Shown piece by piece: positions 38,459 to 46,659 of a stretch of DNA of 64,000 bases. A program made the translations under genes and the position numbers. The stretch lies in contig CALXDM010000007.1 in NCBI GenBank assembly GCA_944387065.1, positions 8,864 through 72,863 on the forward strand. The letters are read 5' to 3'. Position 1 is the first letter of the stretch, and the number at the start of each line of letters is the position of its first letter. The DNA comes from an uncultured Oscillospiraceae bacterium. GTDB lineage: Bacteria; Bacillota; Clostridia; Oscillospirales; Oscillospiraceae. The notes below the pieces were generated by a model. The model saw only the letters and a list, made by a program, of their open reading frames with translations. It had not been told where the DNA came from and made no database searches.

Positions 38459-39028
38459 ATGTTCATCCTGACGGCCAAGGTCCCGAAAAAGCGCCTGCTG
38501 GCCGGCGCCATCACGACCCTATGCTGCTGCTTGGCGGTCATCCTCGCCCTGGCCCTCACCCTGGGACAGCGGGCGGTGACCACGATGGCAGAGGTGTCTG
38601 GCATTCGGGACAACGATGACCGGGTGGCCTATCTCACCGGGCTGGGCTGGCAGGTCTCCTCCCAGCCCATCAGCACCGAGGAGCTGCTCATCCCCGAGAC
38701 CTTTGACGAGAGCTATACCTCCTACCTGGCCTTGCAGACCGAGCAGGGCTTCGACCTCACCCAGTACTGCGGCAAGCGGGTGAAGCGCTATGTCTACCAA
38801 GTCACCAACCACCCCAGCGGGGAGCAGGGGGTGCAGGCCGCCCTGCTGATCTACCGCAACCGTGTGGTGGGCGGACAGGTGCAGTCGGCCAGCGGCAGCT
38901 TTGTCCACGGCCTGTCCATGCCCCAGTCCAGCCCAGCCCTCCAGTCTGGCACGCCCAGTGCCAGTCCTGCCCTGCCCAGCGCCTCCCCCGCTCCGGCCAG
39001 CGGCCAGCCCGCCAGCCCCACCGCCTGA
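38459..39028 (+). CDS. DUF4830-like membrane-anchored protein
   Basis: N-terminal TM; RVAYLTGLGW, IPETFD..Y..Y..LQ..QGFDL..Y.GK.V.RY.Y pattern; Ser/Pro-rich tail. Confidence 0.65.
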   Translation: MFILTAKVPKKRLLAGAITTLCCCLAVILALALTLGQRAVTTMAEVSGIRDNDDRVAYLTGLGWQVSSQPISTEELLIPETFDESYTSYLALQTEQGFDLTQYCGKRVKRYVYQVTNHPSGEQGVQAALLIYRNRVVGGQVQSASGSFVHGLSMPQSSPALQSGTPSASPALPSASPAPASGQPASPTA

Positions 39029-39031
39029 AAA

Positions 39032-39059
39032 GCGGCCCCAGGCACATGCCTGGGGCCGC
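39032..39059. terminator. Bidirectional terminator
   Basis: Perfect 12-bp stem gcggccccaggc / gcctggggccgc between convergent genes. Confidence 0.6.
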
Positions 39060-39073
39060 AGGTGTTTCCCCAC

Positions 39074-39622
39074 TTAGGCCAGGGCCTTGCTGGATCGGTA
39101 GAGAAAGACCAGGAACAGCACTCCGCCTACGAGAGAGGCGATCGAGGTAACAAGCAAGACCGGGATCGCCAGCAGATTCAGCACCGGGATAAACATCAGA
39201 AGGTTGCAGGCCAAACTGATGACGGTGCACACCAGATTGATCATCCACACGGTGTGCCCCTGGCGCGCCAAATCGTTCCAGCCCAGACTTCCCACCAGCA
39301 GAGCGGTCGTAGAGCACACCAGATAGAGAATGACAAATCCCAGGATATTCGAAATGAGGTCAAACAGGTCCCCCATCCATGACTCTCCCCAGAAGCCGCC
39401 CAAGAAACTGACGATCAGGCTGATAATCCTCAGGGCAAACGCACCTGAATAGCCCTCATCATCCATCTTCGCTTGATACAATCCGATCAGATACACCACC
39501 TGGCCCACCAGCAGCAGGATGACTCCCACCAACAGCGGCGTGGTGAGCACACCCACAATCATCAAGATCTGGGCCAGGAACAGCTTGCCCAGTCCCCGGG
39601 CCGCTTCAGGATATCCACGCAT
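39074..39622 (-). CDS. Hypothetical polytopic membrane protein (paralog B)
   Basis: SD ggagg; several TM helices; motifs shared with adjacent paralog. Confidence 0.75.
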   Translation of the reverse strand: MRGYPEAARGLGKLFLAQILMIVGVLTTPLLVGVILLLVGQVVYLIGLYQAKMDDEGYSGAFALRIISLIVSFLGGFWGESWMGDLFDLISNILGFVILYLVCSTTALLVGSLGWNDLARQGHTVWMINLVCTVISLACNLLMFIPVLNLLAIPVLLVTSIASLVGGVLFLVFLYRSSKALA

Positions 39623-39640
39623 GACTTCAGTCCTCCCCAA

Positions 39641-40267
39641 TCAGAACCGTCCAGATTGTCCTCCTCCGCCATCCAGGGCAGTCGCCCCCTGGCCCAAGGC
39701 CTGGCTGGCCCGGTGGAGAAAGACCATGTACATCACCATACCCAGCAGCCCTGTCAGCAGGGTGAGGGCCGCCGCTGCCAGGATGGTCCTGGCCGGCAGC
39801 CCCTCCACCAGGAGCATCCCAGTCAGTGCCCCGGTGACGATGGTGCAGGCGATGTTCACCCCGCCGGTTCCTCGGCCAAAGCTAGTCAGCGTCCCCCGGC
39901 CCTCCAGCTTGACCGAGCGCGCTACCACCAGCAGAAGGATGGCCAGGTTGAGCAGGTTGAGCAGGTTGGACGCCACAGTGCTGACCAGGCGGGCGGGTTC
40001 CTCCTCCATCGCGCCCATGGCCAGGTTGACGGCCACAGTCCCAACCAAAGTGGCCACCGACAGGAGGAAGGCCACGCCATAATACCGGTCGTCCCGCCGG
40101 GCCTGATACAGCCCCATCAGATTGAGCACCAGCCCCGCCAGGGATGCCACACCCCCCAGTGTGGCATCCACCATGATCGAGATCAGTTGGGCCGCGGCGG
40201 AAAAAGCCTGCCCCAGCAGCACCTTATACAGCCCCTTGGCGGCTTCCGGATATGCCTTTATTCCCAT
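39641..40267 (-). CDS. Hypothetical polytopic membrane protein (paralog A)
   Basis: SD gggag; YPEAAKGL..., VFLHRASQAL; promoter TTGTCT-N17-TACACT at 40333-40361. Confidence 0.75.
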   Translation of the reverse strand: MGIKAYPEAAKGLYKVLLGQAFSAAAQLISIMVDATLGGVASLAGLVLNLMGLYQARRDDRYYGVAFLLSVATLVGTVAVNLAMGAMEEEPARLVSTVASNLLNLLNLAILLLVVARSVKLEGRGTLTSFGRGTGGVNIACTIVTGALTGMLLVEGLPARTILAAAALTLLTGLLGMVMYMVFLHRASQALGQGATALDGGGGQSGRF

Positions 40268-40370
40268 ACCCTCTCCCCCGTTAAACGCCTGGGCCGGCAT
40301 CCCACGGCAGGGCCGCCGGCCAGTTTTTCTTGAGTGTACCACATCCTGCTCTGGAAGACAAGCCCCCCGC

Positions 40371-40404
40371 AAAAGCCCCCCGGCCATTTCGGCCGGAGGG
40401 CTTT
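40371..40404 (-). terminator. Terminator of heme-uptake operon
   Basis: GC hairpin (ccggcc / ggccgg core, extended aaagccc / gggcttt) followed by T run on minus strand. Confidence 0.6.
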
Positions 40405-40455
40405 CGTTGCTACACAGCACTCCCCTGCTGCTGCATTGATTTGCAGCGGCTCAAT

Positions 40456-42282
40456 TCACACCGCCACGTTGTCCACAAAGCGCATCAGGATGACCGCCAG
40501 CTGGGCCCGGATGGCGCTGCCCTGGGGATTCACCTGGTTGTTGGACCCCTGGATCAGACCCGCGCCGTTGGCCCAGGACAGGGCGCCGGCAGACCAGCTG
40601 GACACGCTGCCCGCGTCGGCAAAGCCGGACAGGTCGCCGCTGGCCGTCACGTCATACCCAGCACCGTCCGCATAGCGGTACAGGATGGCCGCCAGCTGCT
40701 CCCGGGTGATGGTGTCCTCCGGGCCAAAGACCGTGTCACTATACCCGTTGACGATGCTGTTCTGGCTGGCCCACACCACCGCATCGGCGTACCAGCCAGC
40801 TGTGGCGTCGGTGAAGGGATTGTCCCCCGTTACCGCCGGGGAGCCCGCCAGACGGTACAGGATGGTCACCACCTGGGCCCGGGTGGTCGTCACGTCCGGG
40901 CCAAAGGTGGTCTCGCTGGTGCCCTGCATCAGCCCACGCTCGTAGACATAGGCCACCGCCTCATCGTAGTACGCGCCCTCGGCCACGTCGGTGAAGGGCG
41001 TGCTGCCCAACTCCGGTGTAGGATCAAGTGCAGGATCATCCTCCGTCCCCTGCTCCGGATCCTCAATGGGGTCGTCGCCGGGCTGTGGGGCTGGCGTGCC
41101 GGTGCCACCCGTGCCGCCGATGCTGCCGCCGGTCCCCTGCAGCGAGCTCCAGTCGATGGTCAGGGTGGCCGCATAGGGCGTGGACACCCCAGGTTGGTTG
41201 GACGAGCCGCTGCCGCTGCCGTCCCCAAACTGAACCCCCATCACGTTGCTGTTGACATACAGCCAGAGGTGATAGGTTTCACTCCCCGTACCCACGCTCA
41301 CCGGGAAGGTCATGCTGTCCACATAGCGCACCGATTCATTGGCCGGATTCAGCGCGGTATCCTCGCTGACGGTGTACGCCGCCTCCTGGACGCTCCCGCT
41401 CCCATCATAGTACCCGGGCGCGGAGTCTGTGGGATCCACAAAGGTGTCCACCGTGATGCTGTAAATGGTCACCTGCCCCGCCCCGAAGCGCAGGGTCAGC
41501 TGCGCGTTTCCAGACGCGTCCACCGTGACGCTTGCCCCCTGGTAGATGCCCTGCGCAAACTCGATCCCGCCCATGGCATTCACATAGAGCGAGAGACTGG
41601 AGCTTTCAATCTCATAGGTTCCCGCTCCCAGGTTAGCCTCCCCAGCGGCTCCGCCGGATTGGCTACCGCCGGCCCCCTGCACCGAATCCCAGTCAATGGT
41701 CAGGGTGGCCGCATAGGGCGTGGACACCCCAGGTTGGTTGGACGAGCCGCTGCCGCTGCCGTCCCCAAACTGAACCCCCATCACGTTGCTGTTGACATAC
41801 AGCCAGAGGTGATAGGTTTCACTCCCCGTACCCACGCTCACCGGGAAGGTCATGCTGTCCACATAGCGCACCGATTCATTGGCCGGATTCAGCGCGGTAT
41901 CCTCGCTGACGGTGTACGCCGCCTCCTGGACGCTCCCGCTCCCATCATAGTACCCGGGCGCGGAGTCTGTGGGATCCACAAAGGTGTCCACCGTGATGCT
42001 GTAAATGGTCACCTGCCCCGCCCCGAAGCGCAGGGTCAGCTGCGCGTTTCCAGACGCGTCCACCGTGACGCTTGCCCCCTGGTAGATGCCCTGCGCAAAC
42101 TCGATCCCGCCCATGGCGTTCACATAGAGCGAGAGACTGGAGCTTTCAATCTCATAGGTTCCCGCCCCCAGGTTTGGACTGCTTCCCGCTGCGGCAGACG
42201 CCACGGGGAGGGACAGCAGCATCACAGCCGCGAGGGCCAGGCTTATGACGCTCCGGAAGAGGTGCTGTTTCATGGTTTGCAT
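40456..42282 (-). CDS. Secreted surface protein: two identical novel ~160-aa domains plus three SLH domains
   Basis: Signal peptide; repeat LGAGTYE...YVNAMGG...NSNVMG...TIDW twice; SLH motifs TRAQ, TREQ, IRAQ. Confidence 0.9.
   Translation of the reverse strand: MQTMKQHLFRSVISLALAAVMLLSLPVASAAAGSSPNLGAGTYEIESSSLSLYVNAMGGIEFAQGIYQGASVTVDASGNAQLTLRFGAGQVTIYSITVDTFVDPTDSAPGYYDGSGSVQEAAYTVSEDTALNPANESVRYVDSMTFPVSVGTGSETYHLWLYVNSNVMGVQFGDGSGSGSSNQPGVSTPYAATLTIDWDSVQGAGGSQSGGAAGEANLGAGTYEIESSSLSLYVNAMGGIEFAQGIYQGASVTVDASGNAQLTLRFGAGQVTIYSITVDTFVDPTDSAPGYYDGSGSVQEAAYTVSEDTALNPANESVRYVDSMTFPVSVGTGSETYHLWLYVNSNVMGVQFGDGSGSGSSNQPGVSTPYAATLTIDWSSLQGTGGSIGGTGGTGTPAPQPGDDPIEDPEQGTEDDPALDPTPELGSTPFTDVAEGAYYDEAVAYVYERGLMQGTSETTFGPDVTTTRAQVVTILYRLAGSPAVTGDNPFTDATAGWYADAVVWASQNSIVNGYSDTVFGPEDTITREQLAAILYRYADGAGYDVTASGDLSGFADAGSVSSWSAGALSWANGAGLIQGSNNQVNPQGSAIRAQLAVILMRFVDNVAV
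41149..42174. repeat. Intragenic direct repeat, 486 bp x2, period 540 bp
   Basis: 41149-41634 vs 41689-42174 compared line by line: 3 mismatches, all synonymous. Confidence 0.97.
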
Positions 42283-42371
42283 GGATGATATACGACTCCT
42301 TTCTACCCTTACAAGGTGACAGAATATTTCTCAAAGCAGGATCTGCTTTTGAGACCAGCTTGTGCCCCGGG

Positions 42372-43430
42372 TCAGCCATCCTCCCGGACGACGCGGATGG
42401 TAAACCAGGCCGTCCCGGTATAGCTGCCCACATTGGACGGGCTGCCCCCTAGCTGGATCACGCCAGTGAGCGTGTCCCCGCTGGCCTGGAGGACCTCCCC
42501 GGCCAGGGTGTTTGCAAAGGCGATCTCGTCCCCGCCGTTTCGCAGCGTCCCCTCTGGGCTGGCTGCCACGGCCATATGTGCCCCGGGCGGCAGGTCAAGG
42601 TCCCGGGCGGACACGGTGTAGGAAGCTGTCTCCACGGTGGAGGCCAGCCGGATCACGGCAGGGATCTCCACCAGGCCGGAGCCCCCAATGGGCCCTTCCT
42701 CCTCCCCATCGCTAGGCGCCTGGCCAGGGCTTCCGGTTGGCTGGGCGCCAGGCGTCTGCTGAGGGTCTGGCTCCGACGCTCCAGGGTCCGCGGCTCCCCC
42801 CTGCACCGAACCCCAGTCAACGCTCAGGGTGGCCGCGTAGGAGGTGAGCTGCCCAGGGCTGTTGGACCCGGCGGAGCCGCCCCCACTGCCGAACTGGCAG
42901 CCCATCACGTTGCTGTTGACATACAGCCAGAGGTGGTAGGTGGCCGTCCCCGTGCCCACGCTCACCGGGAAGGTCATGCTGTCCACATAGCGCACCGCCG
43001 CCCCGTTGTTGTCCAGCGCGGTATTCCCGCTGAGGGTATAGGAGGCGGTCTGGACCACCCCCTGCGGGTCATAGTACCCAGGCGGGACGGTGTACTGCAC
43101 GCCGTCCACGGTAGGGGTGGCGTGGATGAAGGTGTCCACCGTGATGCTGTAAATGGTCACCTGACCCGCCCCGAAGCGCAGGGTCAGCTGCGCGTTTCCA
43201 GACCCGTCCACCGTGACGCTCGCCCCCCGGTAGATGCCGTTGGCAAACTGGATGCCCCCCATGGCATTGACGTAGAGCGAGAGGCTGGAGCTGCCGATCT
43301 CATAGCTGCCCGCCCCCAGCGCAGTCCTCCCAGAGGCGCGCGCCGGAGGCAAGCAGGCAGCCAGCAGCACCGCCGCAGCCAGCAGCCAACCCGCAAACCC
43401 CGTGCACCGGCATCTTCTCATGTTTCCCAT
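42372..43430 (-). CDS. Secreted protein: novel domain plus WxL-like C-terminal domain
   Basis: Signal peptide (possible lipobox LAAC); third copy of the domain; Pro/Gly linker; tail GSYTGTAWFTI. Confidence 0.8.
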   Translation of the reverse strand: MGNMRRCRCTGFAGWLLAAAVLLAACLPPARASGRTALGAGSYEIGSSSLSLYVNAMGGIQFANGIYRGASVTVDGSGNAQLTLRFGAGQVTIYSITVDTFIHATPTVDGVQYTVPPGYYDPQGVVQTASYTLSGNTALDNNGAAVRYVDSMTFPVSVGTGTATYHLWLYVNSNVMGCQFGSGGGSAGSNSPGQLTSYAATLSVDWGSVQGGAADPGASEPDPQQTPGAQPTGSPGQAPSDGEEEGPIGGSGLVEIPAVIRLASTVETASYTVSARDLDLPPGAHMAVAASPEGTLRNGGDEIAFANTLAGEVLQASGDTLTGVIQLGGSPSNVGSYTGTAWFTIRVVREDG

Positions 43431-43505
43431 GGATCACTCCCCCTTTCCGTCGCTTCCATCCCCTTTTGCCCTAGCCCACAGCGGACCACGGTCCAGAGGC
43501 ATGGC

Positions 43506-43979
43506 TCATGGCTGCACCACCAGTTCAAATTGGACCTGGGCGCCGTTGAGCGCGGCAAGATCCGCCATGGAAAAGGCGCTGTAGTGGATCGTCGCGTCAT
43601 AGCTCCCTGCCGGGAGGGGGCCGGACAGCTCCACTTCATATAGGCTCTGCCCCGGCTCCAGATAATCCGACTCATAGATCGTCTCCCCGCTCTCATCCAG
43701 CGTAACGCGCAGGACGAAGTAGCACCCATTCCCCTCCGGATTGTAAAAATGGGTGGGCACCGTCGTCTCCCCGGCGGGGATGGTCCAGGTGTCAAATCTG
43801 GGGATCTCGATCCCCTCGCTGCCCAGGCTGGCTGCCGGCGCCTGGCTCTGGCCCGGTTCCAGCTGGACTTCCGGCGCCAGGAACACCCGATACCCAAAGC
43901 CCGCGAAGAGCAGCAGGCACAGCAGCGCCGTGCCCCCGGCCACGATCAACCCATACCCTACCATCATCTTTTTACCCAT
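43506..43979 (-). CDS. Membrane-anchored beta-rich protein of unknown function
   Basis: ATG 43979 overlapping ATPase stop; N-terminal TM; FYNPEGNGCYF, YESDYLEPG, GSYDA, NGAQV. Confidence 0.75.
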   Translation of the reverse strand: MGKKMMVGYGLIVAGGTALLCLLLFAGFGYRVFLAPEVQLEPGQSQAPAASLGSEGIEIPRFDTWTIPAGETTVPTHFYNPEGNGCYFVLRVTLDESGETIYESDYLEPGQSLYEVELSGPLPAGSYDATIHYSAFSMADLAALNGAQVQFELVVQP

Positions 43980-44772
43980 AGTCTCCCCCTTGTCGGCGAA
44001 ACAGGCAGTGCTTGCGCCCTGCCACCGTGATGATTTCAGACGCCACCCCAAACGCCTGGCTGAGCACCGGCGCCTGAACCACCCGTCCGATCTCCCCCTG
44101 GGCCATGACCACCCCATCCTTCAGGATGACCACCTCGTCACAATAGGCGAAGGCCTGGTTGATATCGTGCAGAACCATCAGGATGGTCATCCGCTTCTTC
44201 CGGTTGAGTTCAGCGATGAGATGCAACATCTCCAGCTGATAGTGAATGTCCAAATAGGTGGTGACCTCGTCCAAGAGCAGGATGTCCGCCTGCTGGGCCA
44301 ACGCCATGGCCAGCCAAACCCGTTGGAGCTGGCCGCCGGAGAGCGCGGAGATGGGCCGGTGGGCAAACTGGACGGTGTCGGTATCGGCCATGGCCTGCCG
44401 CACGGCTGCTTCATCCCCCTCATCCAGGGGTCTGAGCAGCCCCCGGTGGGGGGTCCTGCCGGCGCAGACCAGTTTTTCCACCGTCAGGTCGCCGGGCGCC
44501 GCGTTGCTCTGGTGGACCACCGCGATCCGCCGGGCGATGGCCGGCCGCTTCATCGTCCCCAGCTCCCGCCCATCCAGCAATACCTGGCCGCTGTCCGGTT
44601 TGAGGATGCCCGCCAGCAGGTTGAGCAGGGTGGACTTTCCGCACCCGTTGGCCCCGATCAGCGCCGTGATCCTCCCCGGGGCAAACCGGGCGGACACCCC
44701 GCGCAGCACCAGCTTGCCCCGCTCATAGGCGTAGCACAGATCTGTGACTGCCAAGCCGTTTCTATCGTCCAT
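43972..44772 (-). CDS. Heme/iron ABC ATPase
   Basis: GANGCGKST, LSGGQLQR, LLDEVTTYLD, VLHDIN. Confidence 0.92.
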   Translation of the reverse strand: MDDRNGLAVTDLCYAYERGKLVLRGVSARFAPGRITALIGANGCGKSTLLNLLAGILKPDSGQVLLDGRELGTMKRPAIARRIAVVHQSNAAPGDLTVEKLVCAGRTPHRGLLRPLDEGDEAAVRQAMADTDTVQFAHRPISALSGGQLQRVWLAMALAQQADILLLDEVTTYLDIHYQLEMLHLIAELNRKKRMTILMVLHDINQAFAYCDEVVILKDGVVMAQGEIGRVVQAPVLSQAFGVASEIITVAGRKHCLFRRQGGDYG

Positions 44773-45757
44773 AGACCGTGCCACTCCTTTTCAGCAGAAT
44801 CACCAGCATGGGCCCGCCCAGGATCGCCATGATGATCGCCGCGCTGATCTCATAGGGATAGGCGATGGCCCTGCCCAGGGTGTCGGCCAGCAGGAACACC
44901 AGCGCTCCCAACAGGGCGGCATAGGGGAGCAACTTCCGGTGGTCGCTGCCCACCAGCAGCCTGGCCATGTGGGGTACGATCAGACCCAGGAAGCTGACCG
45001 ATCCGATGACGGCGGCAAAGCCGGATGCCATAAGCACCGAGAGCAGGGAGATCAAAAGCCTGGTCCGGTGCAGGTTGACGCCCAGGCTCAGGATGGTCTT
45101 GTCGGAAAAGGCCAGGAGGTTGCACCGCTGCGCCGCGAGCCAGCACAGGGCCAGGGCGGCCACGGCATAGACCAGCAGGACGGACACATCATCCCACGTC
45201 TTGAGCGAGATGTTGGCGTTGATCACGCTGGCCGCCCCCGTGTAGGTGGAGCCGGTGAAGGCGTCAAACGCCTGGTACAGGCCGGTGAAGAAGGCGTCCA
45301 CCGCGATGCCGGTCAGGATCAGCCGGACGGGGCTGAGCTGCTTGTTCCAGGCCAGCAGATACACCAGGGCGAAGCCCACCATCCCCCCCGCAAAGGAGAA
45401 CAGCGGGGTGAACCGCGCCAGGGCGGGGAGCAGGGCGGTCACCATCGCCGCGGCAAAGGCCGCCCCCGAGGTGACGCCGATGAGACCGGGATCGGCCAGG
45501 GGGTTTCGCATCACCGCCTGCATACACACCCCCGACAGGGCCATGATCCCACCGCCCAGCATGGCGACCAGGATCCGGGGAAAGCGCAGCTGGAGGATGA
45601 TGGCCACCGTCTCGTCATACGCCACAAACAGCCCCCGCAGCAGCTGCGGCACCGTCGTGGAAAGCCCACCGGTGTTGACCGCGGCAAAGAAGGCCGCCAG
45701 CAGCGCCGCCGCCGTGAGGGTGAAGGCCAGCGCGGTCCGGGCCCCATTCCTCCTCAT
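44762..45757 (-). CDS. isdF: Heme ABC permease (IsdF/FecCD-like)
   Basis: LRFPRILV, QAVMRNPLADPGLIGV, FLGLIVPH, GPMLVILL. Confidence 0.88.
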   Translation of the reverse strand: MRRNGARTALAFTLTAAALLAAFFAAVNTGGLSTTVPQLLRGLFVAYDETVAIILQLRFPRILVAMLGGGIMALSGVCMQAVMRNPLADPGLIGVTSGAAFAAAMVTALLPALARFTPLFSFAGGMVGFALVYLLAWNKQLSPVRLILTGIAVDAFFTGLYQAFDAFTGSTYTGAASVINANISLKTWDDVSVLLVYAVAALALCWLAAQRCNLLAFSDKTILSLGVNLHRTRLLISLLSVLMASGFAAVIGSVSFLGLIVPHMARLLVGSDHRKLLPYAALLGALVFLLADTLGRAIAYPYEISAAIIMAILGGPMLVILLKRSGTVYGR

Positions 45758-46659
45758 CCCTGCCCCTCCCCAAGGATGGGAGCGAGGTACTCCAGGGCCT
45801 GGATCCAGTCCAAGCTGGCGCTCATCCTGAAGTACTCAGAGGGCAGGTAGGACACGTTCCCCGCCCGCACAGCCGCAAAATGCTGCCAGGTCTCGTTCTG
45901 AGCAAACTCGCTTTGCATGTACTGGAAGGCGTCCTCCTGGGCATAGTGGGCAAACACCAGGATATGGTCCGGATCCCTTTGGATCAGATCCTCGGGATTG
46001 ATGTTGGCAAATCCATTCTCATCCCCCCGGTACTGCGCACCGTAAACATTGTTCCCCCCTGCCAGTTTGACCAAGTTGCCCACATAGGAATTCTCCGTGG
46101 CCACCAGGTAAAAACCGTCCGGGAAGGCCATCAGCAGCAGCACGTCCACCCCCTCCGATCCCTGACTCTGATGGCGCTGTAGGCTGCTCTCATAGTCCCG
46201 GTTCAGCCGGGCCGCCTCGTCCTGGCAGCCCAGATACTCCCCCAGGGAGGTGATGGCCGCATACATTCCCTCCACGCTGCTCAGGTCCAGGAACGCAGAG
46301 GTGATGCCCGCCGCCTGGTATCCCTCCGCCAGGCTCGCCTCCAGGGTCTGGGGAGAAAGCACCAGATCCGGGTCCAGGCTCTTGATGATCTCCAGGTCCG
46401 GGTTCATGGGCGCGCCCACCGTCTCCACCCCTTGGTAGCGCCCTGGCAGCGCGTTTTCCGTCTCGGGGACGCCGATCACCTGTTCATAGCCCAGCTCGTC
46501 CAGAATCTCACAGATCGCCACCGAGGTGGACACCACCGTCCGCTCCCCCATCACGTCCGCTCCGTCCTCCGGCGCATTCTGTCGAGCAGAGGCACAGCTC
46601 ACCAGCAGGAGCAAGCAGGTGCTCACCGCCGCCAGCCAGCTTCGTCTTCTCCTGTTCAT
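45754..46659 (-). CDS. isdE: Heme-binding lipoprotein (IsdE-like)
   Basis: Lipobox LVSC; VGAPMNPDLE, YLVATENSYVGNLVKLAGG, FAHY; closely follows recalled S. aureus IsdE motifs. Confidence 0.85.
   Translation of the reverse strand: MNRRRRSWLAAVSTCLLLLVSCASARQNAPEDGADVMGERTVVSTSVAICEILDELGYEQVIGVPETENALPGRYQGVETVGAPMNPDLEIIKSLDPDLVLSPQTLEASLAEGYQAAGITSAFLDLSSVEGMYAAITSLGEYLGCQDEAARLNRDYESSLQRHQSQGSEGVDVLLLMAFPDGFYLVATENSYVGNLVKLAGGNNVYGAQYRGDENGFANINPEDLIQRDPDHILVFAHYAQEDAFQYMQSEFAQNETWQHFAAVRAGNVSYLPSEYFRMSASLDWIQALEYLAPILGEGQG

Noticed and set aside
41149-42174. Repeat pair as DGR template/variable repeat, CRISPR or IS
   Set aside because: Both copies are in-frame coding sequence. The three mismatches are synonymous and not A-directed in one direction. 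There is no reverse transcriptase, cas or transposase gene, and no spacers.
40330-42288. 652-aa plus-strand ORF and similar long antisense ORFs (e.g. 22561-24294, 49666-51207, 5900-6916)
   Set aside because: They are shadows of real genes on the opposite strand in high-GC DNA, without SD or recognisable motifs.
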